From: Candidatus Woesearchaeota archaeon
GTDB lineage: Archaea > Nanobdellota > Nanobdellia > Pacearchaeales > GW2011-AR1
Direction: 5' to 3'
NCBI GenBank assembly: GCA_964573625.1
Contig: CAZNJU010000001.1
Span: 673,510 to 737,509, forward strand
Length of the DNA stretch: 64,000 nucleotides
Positions 26,803 through 35,657 of the stretch are shown here, piece by piece. The notes beneath the pieces were generated by a model that searched no databases, was not told the origin of the DNA, and saw nothing but the letters and a program-made list of their open reading frames with translations. Every line of letters begins with the position of its first letter. The stretch's first letter is position 1. A program made the position numbers and the translations under genes.

Positions 26803-27081
26803 ATGGCATTTGGAGATAACAGAGGCGGCGGAGGCGGAGGCTTCAGACGCGGAGGAGGCGGCTTCAACCGAGGAGGTGGAGGCGGCGGATTCCGACGACC
26901 TTCTTTCGGTCCACGTGAAATGCATAAGATAATTTGCAGTGAATGTGGTAAAGAAGGAGAAGTTCCGTTCAAACCTCGTGAAGGTGCTCCAGTCTTCTGC
27001 AGAGATTGCTTTGCAAAGAAGAATGGAAGAACCTCACGACCTGAAGGATCATCAGACGAATCAAGTTCTGAAGAAATGTAA
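26803..27081 (+). CDS. RGG/Gly-Arg-rich C4 zinc-ribbon protein (paralog of 1645..2034)
   Basis: GGGGGGFRRGGGGFNRGGGGGGFRR...GPREM..CSECGKEGEVPFKP...CRDCF; same C-x2-C-x17-C-x2-C spacing and conserved VPF.P. Confidence 0.65.
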   Translation: MAFGDNRGGGGGGFRRGGGGFNRGGGGGGFRRPSFGPREMHKIICSECGKEGEVPFKPREGAPVFCRDCFAKKNGRTSRPEGSSDESSSEEM

Positions 27082-27086
27082 GAACC

Positions 27087-27150
27087 TGATTTAATTTTTA
27101 TTTTTTTATTTATATTTTCATTCTAGCGCCTTTTTCAGGCGCAGGTCAGA
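27087..27150 (+). terminator. T-rich tract plus GC hairpin (ctagcgcc-tttttca-ggcgcag)
   Basis: tttttatttttttatttatattttc followed by a GCGCC/GGCGC stem just after the 27081 stop. Confidence 0.4.
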
Positions 27151-27229
27151 AGTGCGACCATTACGTGTAAAATCGGTAAGTATCTTTAGAGTAAATAAAA
27201 GTTTAAATAGCCTCAGAAAATAAAACTGA

Positions 27230-27649
27230 ATGGCTGAGGAAGCAACCCAAGTTAATATTGATACGCGATGCAAGCGTTTTCTTGAATATATAAAAAAGAA
27301 CACAACTGGCGCGATTAAAATAGGTTCTTCTAGTCCTCCAGAAAATTATGAACACTTCCAAGCTTACCGCGTTAACGTAGGTACAGACCAAATAGGGTAT
27401 CTACTTGAAGGAAAAAAGCAAGGCTTAGTAATGTATCTAGGAAAAGTACCCGGTGCATCGGCCAAGGCAATTCGAGAAAATGATGGAAAAACAAGTACCA
27501 TAGTAAATCCTCAAACTCAAGAGATTCGCATGGAGTACTATCCAAAACTCACATATGAAATTTCAGTTAAAGATGCTCAAGGCAAGAGCAAACTAGAGAG
27601 GAAAGTGGGTGCTCGATGTGATGGTTGGAGCAGTATACCTTTTCCATAA
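27230..27649 (+). CDS. hypothetical protein
   Basis: 139-aa ORF, no recognised motif. Confidence 0.4.
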   Translation: MAEEATQVNIDTRCKRFLEYIKKNTTGAIKIGSSSPPENYEHFQAYRVNVGTDQIGYLLEGKKQGLVMYLGKVPGASAKAIRENDGKTSTIVNPQTQEIRMEYYPKLTYEISVKDAQGKSKLERKVGARCDGWSSIPFP

Positions 27650-27658
27650 ATAATAGTT

Positions 27659-30112
27659 CTAAAAAACAAGAAAACTCACACGAGTCGTCGTTATTCCATA
27701 TCCTTCTCTGACACGTCGTCTTTTATATCGTTTTAACATAATCAGTGAAATAACTCCTATAACAATTACAATTAAGCCGATAATTATTACATAAGAAGAA
27801 ATTCCTTTCTTGAATAAATTATCTGTCGTTGCAGTTTCATTAGATTCTAAATTTGTGGAAACACTTTCAGCGGGAATAGTAGCTGTAGAAATGTCTTGAA
27901 TAAATATTGAAGCTAATCCTGCAACCATGCCATTATATTCGATTTTCAAATCAGGGTTAGAGTCCCCTGTCAAATCAACAAACATAGGAACGTCTTTAAC
28001 TAATTCAAGAATTGTCGGAGTCGATCGAAGTGTAACTTTCGCGGTTGTTGGCGTATAAGAATTAAGAGTTAGATTATGTCCTTGTCCCAAATAGCTAAAT
28101 CTGTATACATCTCCAACGCGAAGATCATGAGAATATCCTTTCTTCAATGAATTGGCATCAATATCATGAATCGCAGAAGCTCCTCCACCGCCACCCCCTC
28201 CTGAACTTCCTCCTCCTGAGCTACCCCCTGAGCTAGTAGAAGCAGTGTAAAATAATGTGTAGTTCGTTTCGTTAAAAGAGCTATGCATAGTATCAGTAAC
28301 AAAATAGTTCCATGAAAAATTACCATCATATGGCAAAGTTACCGAAGTTGTCGCATTATCGCTTGTCCCGTTCAAACTAGAAGTGGTCTGACTAATTAAA
28401 TCGCCTGTTGAATTCCATAAATATACGGTGGCGTTAATCAAAGGGTATTCTGAAGTAAATGATCCTTGGAATCCAACCGGACTACTTGAGACACTTGCAT
28501 TTGCAGAAGGGCTGTTGAGAGATATTCCTAACAGAGACTGCCGTATAGTCATAAACCAGTCAGGAGTTTGATTCGTGGCGGAAGCATTGTTAGTAACATT
28601 TGCAAAAGCAAAGAAAGTATATTCTGAATTAATCTCACCCGTGGCGTTAACCCAAAAAGTCACGATCTGCGATTCTCCTTGATTCAAAGAAATGTTTATT
28701 GGGTTGCTACCGTTAGTATAAAACGGTGTAGCTCCCGTCGTATTAGAAATAAGGGTTTTCTGAGGGTGCGTGACGTTGCCAAAACGATAAAGATTAGTTC
28801 CGTCTGAAGCATAAATGTATCCATTTGAAGCAATCATATTGTTAAGAGAACTGTTTTTAGTAATAACGTTGCTTATATTAGAAGCGTTGAGTTGATAACT
28901 TCCTATAAATACAGAGTCACGAGTCACGAGAGGATTATGGTTCGCTCCTGAGAGACCAGTAGTTGTAAAATTAGCAATCTGCTTAGTTACGTTAGAGGCA
29001 TTAACTTGATAGACAAGGCTGTTTCCCGACACATAGAAATAGACACACCCATTACCTATCCCTATAGAAGAGCTAAAGCTCTTAGATATAGAAAAGTTAG
29101 CAAACCATATACTGATATTAGTTGCGTTCACCTGTACAAGAGTCATATTCGAATTTGAGCCTCCTGCTTCAGAAGCGAGATAGACATATCCTCCTGAAAC
29201 TACCGGATATGTGTAATGGGCAGGTGCGCCTGAGAAAGTAGTTCCCATACCAATAGTATTGTATGTCTGACTGACATTGGAAGCATTAAATTGAACTAGC
29301 GAAGTACCTGCGAAATAATACCCATTTTCATTATCTATAGCAACTGATCCAAATCTAGCCGTGCCGCCATTTGTCGAGTTAGCAATCTGCTGAGTAAAGT
29401 TAGAGGCGTTGAGTTGAAATAATGCAGACGGAGTAATAAGATAAACAAATTTATTAGAAACTACAAACGAGCCTCGAACAGTGGCAAGATTCCCTCCGCT
29501 AGCCATAGGAGTAGAGAAATTAGCAATCTGTTGTGTAACATTAGAAGCGTTCAACTGATATGAAACGTTTCCAGCATGGTTCACAACATATATGTATCCG
29601 TCAGATATAGCTGGCGTTGAAGTTGCCCCGCCAGGCAACGAAAAGTTAGCAATTAACTGACTAATATTAGAAGCATTAAATTGAAAGACTCCGCCTAGAT
29701 TAATATAAACATATCCATTCCATGTGATGGGATATGCAAAAGAGCTGAACGCCTGTACCGAAGGAATACTCGTGCTAACAATAGTCGTGTCAGAGATGTT
29801 TCCAGGCACAACTCCTGGATTAAACCCTGTACGATTCAAATACCCTGCTTGCATAGTCCATTCATTACTATTTGATTGTGAACTCCCAGCAACCGGGTCA
29901 AGACTAACAGTCATCGGGCCACATGTACCTACCGTGCAACTAACATTTAAAGTAACATTAAAGAACAAACTTCTTGGAACAGAAAGACTTCCTGAAGGGT
30001 AGAGGACATTAATTCCAATATTCTGCGCACTTACAAAACTAAAAAAAACACAGGTAATAATAAAAAATTCAATCCATAACCACCCTTTTCTCATAAAAGC
30101 AAGGAGTAGCAA
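27659..30112 (-). CDS. 817-aa cell-surface glycoprotein with seven about 42-aa QxNASN.TQQIANFS repeats (probable beta-propeller) and C-terminal G/S-linker, TM, KRYKRRR anchor
   Basis: signal peptide; periodic repeats; poly-Gly/Ser GGSSGGGSSGGGGGGGAS; C-terminal module homologous to that of 15224..19900. Confidence 0.6.
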   Translation of the reverse strand: MLLLAFMRKGWLWIEFFIITCVFFSFVSAQNIGINVLYPSGSLSVPRSLFFNVTLNVSCTVGTCGPMTVSLDPVAGSSQSNSNEWTMQAGYLNRTGFNPGVVPGNISDTTIVSTSIPSVQAFSSFAYPITWNGYVYINLGGVFQFNASNISQLIANFSLPGGATSTPAISDGYIYVVNHAGNVSYQLNASNVTQQIANFSTPMASGGNLATVRGSFVVSNKFVYLITPSALFQLNASNFTQQIANSTNGGTARFGSVAIDNENGYYFAGTSLVQFNASNVSQTYNTIGMGTTFSGAPAHYTYPVVSGGYVYLASEAGGSNSNMTLVQVNATNISIWFANFSISKSFSSSIGIGNGCVYFYVSGNSLVYQVNASNVTKQIANFTTTGLSGANHNPLVTRDSVFIGSYQLNASNISNVITKNSSLNNMIASNGYIYASDGTNLYRFGNVTHPQKTLISNTTGATPFYTNGSNPINISLNQGESQIVTFWVNATGEINSEYTFFAFANVTNNASATNQTPDWFMTIRQSLLGISLNSPSANASVSSSPVGFQGSFTSEYPLINATVYLWNSTGDLISQTTSSLNGTSDNATTSVTLPYDGNFSWNYFVTDTMHSSFNETNYTLFYTASTSSGGSSGGGSSGGGGGGGASAIHDIDANSLKKGYSHDLRVGDVYRFSYLGQGHNLTLNSYTPTTAKVTLRSTPTILELVKDVPMFVDLTGDSNPDLKIEYNGMVAGLASIFIQDISTATIPAESVSTNLESNETATTDNLFKKGISSYVIIIGLIVIVIGVISLIMLKRYKRRRVREGYGITTTRVSFLVF

Positions 30113-30124
30113 TTATTTAAAAAC

Positions 30125-31513
30125 CTACCGTGGTGTCAGACGGTAGCCTTCAGAAGTGTCCTCGATGACATATCCTTTATCTTTTAACACGTCACGCAGT
30201 TGATCTGATTTTTTCCAATCCTTTGCTTTTCGTGCCGCTTCTCGCTCTTTCGCAAGTTGCATAATTTCACCAGGAATTGCCGTTATAGATTCTTTCATGT
30301 TAACTATATCCAGTCCAAAAACTTCGTCGAATTCTTCCAATAACGCAAGTTTTTTCTTAGAATCAAAGGAATCATCTTCAACGACTTTCCAGATGACATG
30401 CATAGCTGCAGGCATATTCAAATCATCGTTAATGCTCTGAACAAATTGACTTACGTAATCTTTAGATTTGTTCTCTCCTTTTAATTTGCTTGAGCGAAGT
30501 TCAATGACCTTTCTTTTCATTCGCTCATATGCATTTCGCGCGGCATCAAGATGTTCAAGCGAGAAATCAAGAGGCTTACGATAATGCGTAAGAAGGCACA
30601 AGTATCGATAATGTTCCGGCTTGTAACCTATTTCCTCAAGTTCACTTACGGTATAAAGTCCTCCCTTCGATTTAGATACTTTCTCACCTTTAAACGTGAG
30701 AAACGCGCCGTGTAACCAATAATTAACGAACTTCTTTCCTGTTGCACCCTCACTCTGAGCAATCTCATTGGTATGATGTACAGGTATATGATCTTCTCCT
30801 CCGGTATGAATATCGAAATGTACTCCCAAATATTTCATGCTCATTGCAGAACACTCTATATGCCATCCAGGATACCCTAGACCCCATGGTGAATCCCATT
30901 CTTGTTGTCTCGTTCCGGGTTGATCAGAAAATTTCCATAACGCAAAATCAGTCTTATTGCGCTTCTCACCGACCGAAACTCGTTTTCCTGCTTCAAGGCC
31001 CCCAATATTCAATTTTGCAAAGGCACTATAATTTTTGAATTTCATGCTGTCATAGTAAATGCCGTCACTCGTCTTATACGTTAGACCTTTTTTCTCCAAT
31101 TTCTGAATAAGTTTAATCTGCTCAGAAATATGCTCAGTCGCTTTACACCAGATACTAGGTTCACGTATCTCTAACTTATGCATATCCTCTCTGAATACCT
31201 TAAAATAATAGTCTGCAATTTCACGTGCAGTCTTGTGCTCTTTGGTTGCCGCCTCCTCCATCTTGTCACGCCCCACATCTCCATCACCTACAAGGTGACC
31301 TACATCAGTTACATTCATTACATGTTTTACCTTGAATTTATTATATTCAAGCGTTCTTCTTAGTATATCAGAAAAAATGTACGTTCTCAAATTCCCAATA
31401 TGTTGATACCAATACACGGTTGGACCACATGTGTACAGTCCTACCTGCCCTTTTTTGATAGGCTTAAATTCTTCCTTTTTACGCGTTAGCGTGTTATAGA
31501 GGAATAGCTTCAT
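30125..31513 (-). CDS. cysS: cysteinyl-tRNA synthetase
   Basis: HIGNLRTY (HIGH) and KVSKSKG (KMSKS) motifs; start placed at MKLFLYNTL, which leaves a 22-nt gap to dus instead of an overlap. Confidence 0.9.
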   Translation of the reverse strand: MKLFLYNTLTRKKEEFKPIKKGQVGLYTCGPTVYWYQHIGNLRTYIFSDILRRTLEYNKFKVKHVMNVTDVGHLVGDGDVGRDKMEEAATKEHKTAREIADYYFKVFREDMHKLEIREPSIWCKATEHISEQIKLIQKLEKKGLTYKTSDGIYYDSMKFKNYSAFAKLNIGGLEAGKRVSVGEKRNKTDFALWKFSDQPGTRQQEWDSPWGLGYPGWHIECSAMSMKYLGVHFDIHTGGEDHIPVHHTNEIAQSEGATGKKFVNYWLHGAFLTFKGEKVSKSKGGLYTVSELEEIGYKPEHYRYLCLLTHYRKPLDFSLEHLDAARNAYERMKRKVIELRSSKLKGENKSKDYVSQFVQSINDDLNMPAAMHVIWKVVEDDSFDSKKKLALLEEFDEVFGLDIVNMKESITAIPGEIMQLAKEREAARKAKDWKKSDQLRDVLKDKGYVIEDTSEGYRLTPR

Positions 31514-31535
31514 GCAGTACGTACGAAAATGGCAG

Positions 31536-32468
31536 TTATAAGAGTTTCTCCACGAACCCGTTAATATCTGCAATAGTTTTTAATTGCATAAATGTCCCGC
31601 GCAGTTTAGCAGCTCCATCGACCCCTCGTAAGAAGTATCCTCCGAGCGATTTAATTCTTGGTAGTTCAACAACATCATGCTTTTTCGCAAGTTCAAGATA
31701 TTCTAAGAAAAGACGTATATTTTTCTTAAAATCCCGTTCCTGCTCTTTCCCTGTCTGTAGATAATGTAACACTCGAGAGAAAATAAGAGGATCTCCAATA
31801 GCTGCACGCGCAATCATCACACCGTCAGCACAGTCAAGCATGGCTCCAGCTTTTTCACCAGAATCAACATCACCATTGCCAATTACAGGAATGCCTATAT
31901 GCCGTTTAACATCTGCAATCCACTTCCACTGTGCTGGCACTTTATAGCTTTCATGTGAAAGACGAGCGTGTAGCGTGAGTGCATCAGCGCCTGCTTTCTC
32001 AACCGCTTTTGCCACGGTCAACACATTATTCTTCTTAAAACCTAAACGAATTTTAGCTGTGGCAACGTAGCCTGCATCTTTTAATACCTCAATATATCGT
32101 GCAATCTTCAACGGCGTTTTAAGCAGATAACTGCCGGAAGCATTATCCATTATCCTTATAGAAGGACATCCACAATTAATATCAACAATCTCAAACTTCT
32201 TTAAGTAAGGCACGACTTTCTTGAAATCAGCAACACGCGGCCCAGTTATTTGAATCCCACTTGGTGAGTCTTCACGTGATGTTTTTAACATGTTCAACGT
32301 TTTCTTATTTTCATGTAATATCGCGCCGATGTTTAACATCTCAGTATAAGTCATTGCTGCGCCAGCACGACGGCATATCAGTCTATAGGGCAAGTCTGTA
32401 ACATCAACCATGGGCGCAAGAAATAAAGGATTAGCAAGTTTAACGTGTCCAATAGATAGCGATTTCAT
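31536..32468 (-). CDS. dus: tRNA-dihydrouridine synthase
   Basis: FLAPMVDVTDLPYR and DINCGCP FMN/active-site motifs. Confidence 0.85.
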   Translation of the reverse strand: MKSLSIGHVKLANPLFLAPMVDVTDLPYRLICRRAGAAMTYTEMLNIGAILHENKKTLNMLKTSREDSPSGIQITGPRVADFKKVVPYLKKFEIVDINCGCPSIRIMDNASGSYLLKTPLKIARYIEVLKDAGYVATAKIRLGFKKNNVLTVAKAVEKAGADALTLHARLSHESYKVPAQWKWIADVKRHIGIPVIGNGDVDSGEKAGAMLDCADGVMIARAAIGDPLIFSRVLHYLQTGKEQERDFKKNIRLFLEYLELAKKHDVVELPRIKSLGGYFLRGVDGAAKLRGTFMQLKTIADINGFVEKLL

Positions 32469-32505
32469 AATTAAAAAGAGAAAAGCAAGTTAATAAAATC
32501 GCGGT

Positions 32506-33585
32506 TTAGTTATTCCACATATCAACAATCAATTCAAGTTGTCTATGTGGGTTGTGCCAATAATCTGCTCTTCTATCTTTGAAAGGGCGTGGATGATGAG
32601 GTATTTCAAAGCCAAATGTTTTTTGAACATTTTCATACATAACTTGACGAATCTGAGGATTACTAAATCCAACTTCGTGTAAGTAAGCCTGTACCCATGG
32701 AAGCCAGGGCATGCCTACAATGCCAGAAGCATACGCTTCAAGTTTATCTTTATCTGTATGCGGTGCATGGTCTGTTTCTATCCAATCAATATGTCCCTTT
32801 CGTAAATATTCCAGCATGCTGTGCTGACTTTCAGGCTTTCGTAAAGGGGGATTCATCTTCCAGAGAACCCCATTTTCTTGCTGCATCAAGGTCCAGTCGT
32901 ACAAAAGATGATGTGGTGTAATTCCTGAGGTTATTTTCATTTTCTGCTTGCGAGCACCTTTTACTAATTCAACACTCATTGGAGAAGAGATATGTGTGAT
33001 GTGCAATGTTCCCTTAAATCCGGTAGTATATGCAAGAGCGATTTGATCTTTAACAGATTCAATTTCAGAAGCTTCAGGGCGCACTACACAAGAATGTGAC
33101 ACCGGAATCATTGGATTCCATTCTCTGTCTTTAATAAAATGTTGTTTTTCAGGATGAACTGCCAACACTCCTTCATACCCTTCTCTTGCTAAAGTCGCGT
33201 ATACATTATATTCATCTTGAACTTCAATAACTCCTAAATTATTAGTTGAATGTCCTGCATACATTTTGAAACCTACAAGGCCTGGACTAGTAACATGCAA
33301 ATTGCGCCGATTATAAACATCTACCGCTTTCTTAACCTGTTCAGAATCTTTTGTAAGCACCATGTAAACACCGTATGTAACTTCGGGAATATCTGCTTCT
33401 CTAGCAAGTTTAAATCGTTCATCAATAACCTCTTCAGTGATTCCAGGAGGACTAGTATTAAGCATATCAAAAACAGCATCAATACCTGTGTCACGAGCAA
33501 CCTCGAGACCATGCTTAACCGTTTCCTTAGCAGATTCGTTAAAATCTCGCAAATGAACATGAGGGTCAATAAACTTAAAGTCCAT
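32506..33585 (-). CDS. dihydroorotase-like cyclic amidohydrolase
   Basis: DPHVHLRD metal-binding motif at the N-term; amidohydrolase TIM-barrel His/Asp pattern (HAPH, DH). Confidence 0.65.
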   Translation of the reverse strand: MDFKFIDPHVHLRDFNESAKETVKHGLEVARDTGIDAVFDMLNTSPPGITEEVIDERFKLAREADIPEVTYGVYMVLTKDSEQVKKAVDVYNRRNLHVTSPGLVGFKMYAGHSTNNLGVIEVQDEYNVYATLAREGYEGVLAVHPEKQHFIKDREWNPMIPVSHSCVVRPEASEIESVKDQIALAYTTGFKGTLHITHISSPMSVELVKGARKQKMKITSGITPHHLLYDWTLMQQENGVLWKMNPPLRKPESQHSMLEYLRKGHIDWIETDHAPHTDKDKLEAYASGIVGMPWLPWVQAYLHEVGFSNPQIRQVMYENVQKTFGFEIPHHPRPFKDRRADYWHNPHRQLELIVDMWNN

Positions 33586-33643
33586 AGATTTTCTATATCG
33601 CTCGGCTATAAAAAGATGATTGTATAAAAAACACCCATATCTT

Positions 33644-33652
33644 TTTATAATG
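33644..33652 (+). promoter_or_regulatory. TATA-box-like element (tttttataa) about 27 nt upstream of 33671
   Basis: archaeal TATA consensus TTTAWATA-like at canonical distance. Confidence 0.4.
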
Positions 33653-33670
33653 CTTCCTTCACGTATAATT

Positions 33671-33997
33671 ATGGAAAAAGATATTGATAGAATTCAAAAG
33701 AACCAAGAAACAGATATTGTGATTCGCATCGATGATTTTAACGGTAAGAAAGGTCTCACGATCCGTGAGTTCGTTAAGTCAGAAAGATACACGGGCTTTA
33801 CAAAGGCAGGTACACGTATTCCTGCAGATAAATTCAAGATTTTCAAGCAGGCCATCAATTCAATAGACGAAAAAGATCTTGAAGGTGCTGCCGAGACTCA
33901 ATCAAGCTTCCCAGCAAAATCAGCACCAACTCCTGAAAAGAAAGACGTAAAAAAGGCAAAAGTTTCAACCGAGGAGATAGAGGAAGTTGAGTTCTAA
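33671..33997 (+). CDS. PC4-like ssDNA-binding / transcriptional coactivator domain protein
   Basis: DIVIRIDDFNGKKGLTIREFVKSERYTGFTKAGTRIPADKFKIFKQAI matches the PC4/Sub1/YdbC fold pattern; Lys/Glu-rich tail. Confidence 0.5.
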   Translation: MEKDIDRIQKNQETDIVIRIDDFNGKKGLTIREFVKSERYTGFTKAGTRIPADKFKIFKQAINSIDEKDLEGAAETQSSFPAKSAPTPEKKDVKKAKVSTEEIEEVEF

Positions 33998-34205
33998 CGC
34001 AATTGCAATCATTGAGCGAACTATTGAATATGCAACCGGGTCAAGTATTACATATTTTCGTGACACTCCTCTAAGCATTCAACGAGAAGCAGCTGAACGT
34101 GCTCATGGAAAACCTACAAGCGTCTCATGTCTGCCTTCAGAAAGAGGTTATTTTCTTACTTCAGAACAAGTTAATCAATTAGTAGATAAAGCATTACGAG
34201 CATAG
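33987..34205 (+). CDS. hypothetical small protein
   Basis: 72-aa ORF only. Confidence 0.25.
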   Translation: MSSNAIAIIERTIEYATGSSITYFRDTPLSIQREAAERAHGKPTSVSCLPSERGYFLTSEQVNQLVDKALRA

Positions 34206-34445
34206 TTCTTTTTTCGGACGCGCGTCTTTCCAATCAGTAGGAAACGTCACAAGACCTGAAATCGGTCGCATACTCTTTACTTCGGTTCCAGAGCATTCAA
34301 TCAAATAGTCCTGACAAGCATTATTCTCACATAATGCTTCAGTGTACGTTTTCTCAAAAGTCTCTGAATTACTGAAATGGAATACTACAAAAAAAGAGAG
34401 ACAACTAAGCACCAGTAGGAGCAGGATCTTCATCAACACTATCAT
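34194..34445 (-). CDS. small secreted Cys-containing protein
   Basis: 83 aa, N-terminal signal peptide, 4 Cys. Confidence 0.35.
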   Translation of the reverse strand: MIVLMKILLLLVLSCLSFFVVFHFSNSETFEKTYTEALCENNACQDYLIECSGTEVKSMRPISGLVTFPTDWKDARPKKELCS

Positions 34446-34770
34446 CCTGAGACGCGACTAAATCATCACCAATTTGCTCTTCTAATTGCGAAGCGCGTTC
34501 ACGTTGAATTGCAGCCCACGCCTTTGGAAACGCTTTAATCAGTAAGTGAGTTAAACGTTCAGGATTATATGATAAAACCCCTTCTTTAGATATCTGTCCT
34601 ACTGCGAGATAACGCACACGAGGCCAATCGCATTCCAACTTCATTCCAATAAATCGAGTGTATTCTGCCGGGGCAGTTAAAAGCTGAACAACATATTTAT
34701 CTTTCCCACTCTTTGAATTGAAAAGCTTTGCCTGATAAGAAGATTGTTGATCGCTAGTAATATCAGCCAT
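34405..34770 (-). CDS. hypothetical protein
   Basis: 121-aa ORF with acidic C-terminus. Confidence 0.4.
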   Translation of the reverse strand: MADITSDQQSSYQAKLFNSKSGKDKYVVQLLTAPAEYTRFIGMKLECDWPRVRYLAVGQISKEGVLSYNPERLTHLLIKAFPKAWAAIQRERASQLEEQIGDDLVASQDDSVDEDPAPTGA

Positions 34771-34847
34771 AAAACAACTAAGGCTGAAGCTTTAAAAATA
34801 CGCTTGCGTTGGAAAATATATTACCTTTGGACAAATTAAAAGAGCAA

Positions 34848-35237
34848 TCAAATAGCTATAACTTCGGCTGGTCTACTTAGCCTTCTTTCAAGTGTCTTAG
34901 CCACTGATTGGATATTCTGTCTTTGTTTCGGATCCATTAATTGAATTTTGAGAGTATCTCCAAGTCTCAACGCACTATCTGGATGTATCTGTCCTGCAAC
35001 ATCTAAATCCTGCACTATTTCTCCAACATACCTTACATAAGGAAATAGACCTAGAAATCTCTTTTCTTGAGTTATCATGTGTGTAAAGATCTGGCCAAGC
35101 ATAGCGTCCTCCATGTATCGAGGAATGAGACCTACTTTCGCAAATTCTTCTCTCAATATACTATCATAATCGTGTAGTTGAGTTATTTGTGCCACACTAA
35201 TTCTTAATCCTACTATATTTAAATATTCGCCAGCCAA
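34848..35237 (-). CDS. hypothetical protein
   Basis: 129-aa ORF. Confidence 0.4.
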   Translation of the reverse strand: MAGEYLNIVGLRISVAQITQLHDYDSILREEFAKVGLIPRYMEDAMLGQIFTHMITQEKRFLGLFPYVRYVGEIVQDLDVAGQIHPDSALRLGDTLKIQLMDPKQRQNIQSVAKTLERRLSRPAEVIAI

Positions 35238-35294
35238 TCAAATCAGTTTCTGACTACCTAGATTACCTTATAAGCAATATCTTAGATTTATAGT

Positions 35295-35657
35295 TTAGTC
35301 TAACAAACCTTCTATAGTAGTTTTAACCTCTAAATTTCGTTTAGGATCTCCCGCTTGCTTAGATTGTCTAAAAGCCAATTTAAAAGAGTCTAAGTAAGAA
35401 GCTGTGAGGCCTGTTTTTTCAAAATGATCTTTGTAACGAGAATCAATTTCCTCATAAACTCTAAATTTCTCTCCATCTATCTCAAGAGTACCTTGCGGAT
35501 CAGGGTTAACTCTAAGCAAATAAATTATTTCTTTTTCGCCTTCAGTCATATAAACAAAGCTTAGAATTGATTTAAAAACCTTTTTAATACCTATTTCGTA
35601 CTCTTTTCTATGAATATCCGCCAGCCAATCATAACCGTAGCAGGCCATGTAGATCAT
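35295..35657 (-). CDS. hypothetical protein
   Basis: 120-aa ORF; the annotated start overlaps the divergent aIF5B start by 48 nt, so the true start may be an internal Met. Confidence 0.35.
   Translation of the reverse strand: MIYMACYGYDWLADIHRKEYEIGIKKVFKSILSFVYMTEGEKEIIYLLRVNPDPQGTLEIDGEKFRVYEEIDSRYKDHFEKTGLTASYLDSFKLAFRQSKQAGDPKRNLEVKTTIEGLLD

Noticed and set aside
31514-31573. N-terminal extension of cysS (MQILTGSWRNSYNCHFRTYC)
   Set aside because: It would overlap the dus stop. The conserved CysRS N-terminus begins at MKLFLYNTL, so I take the extension as artefactual.
33586-33670. Multiple TATA-like AT-rich words in the divergent intergenic region
   Set aside because: The region is uniformly AT-rich. 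Only the tttttataa about 27 nt upstream of 33671 is at canonical spacing, and the others were not called.
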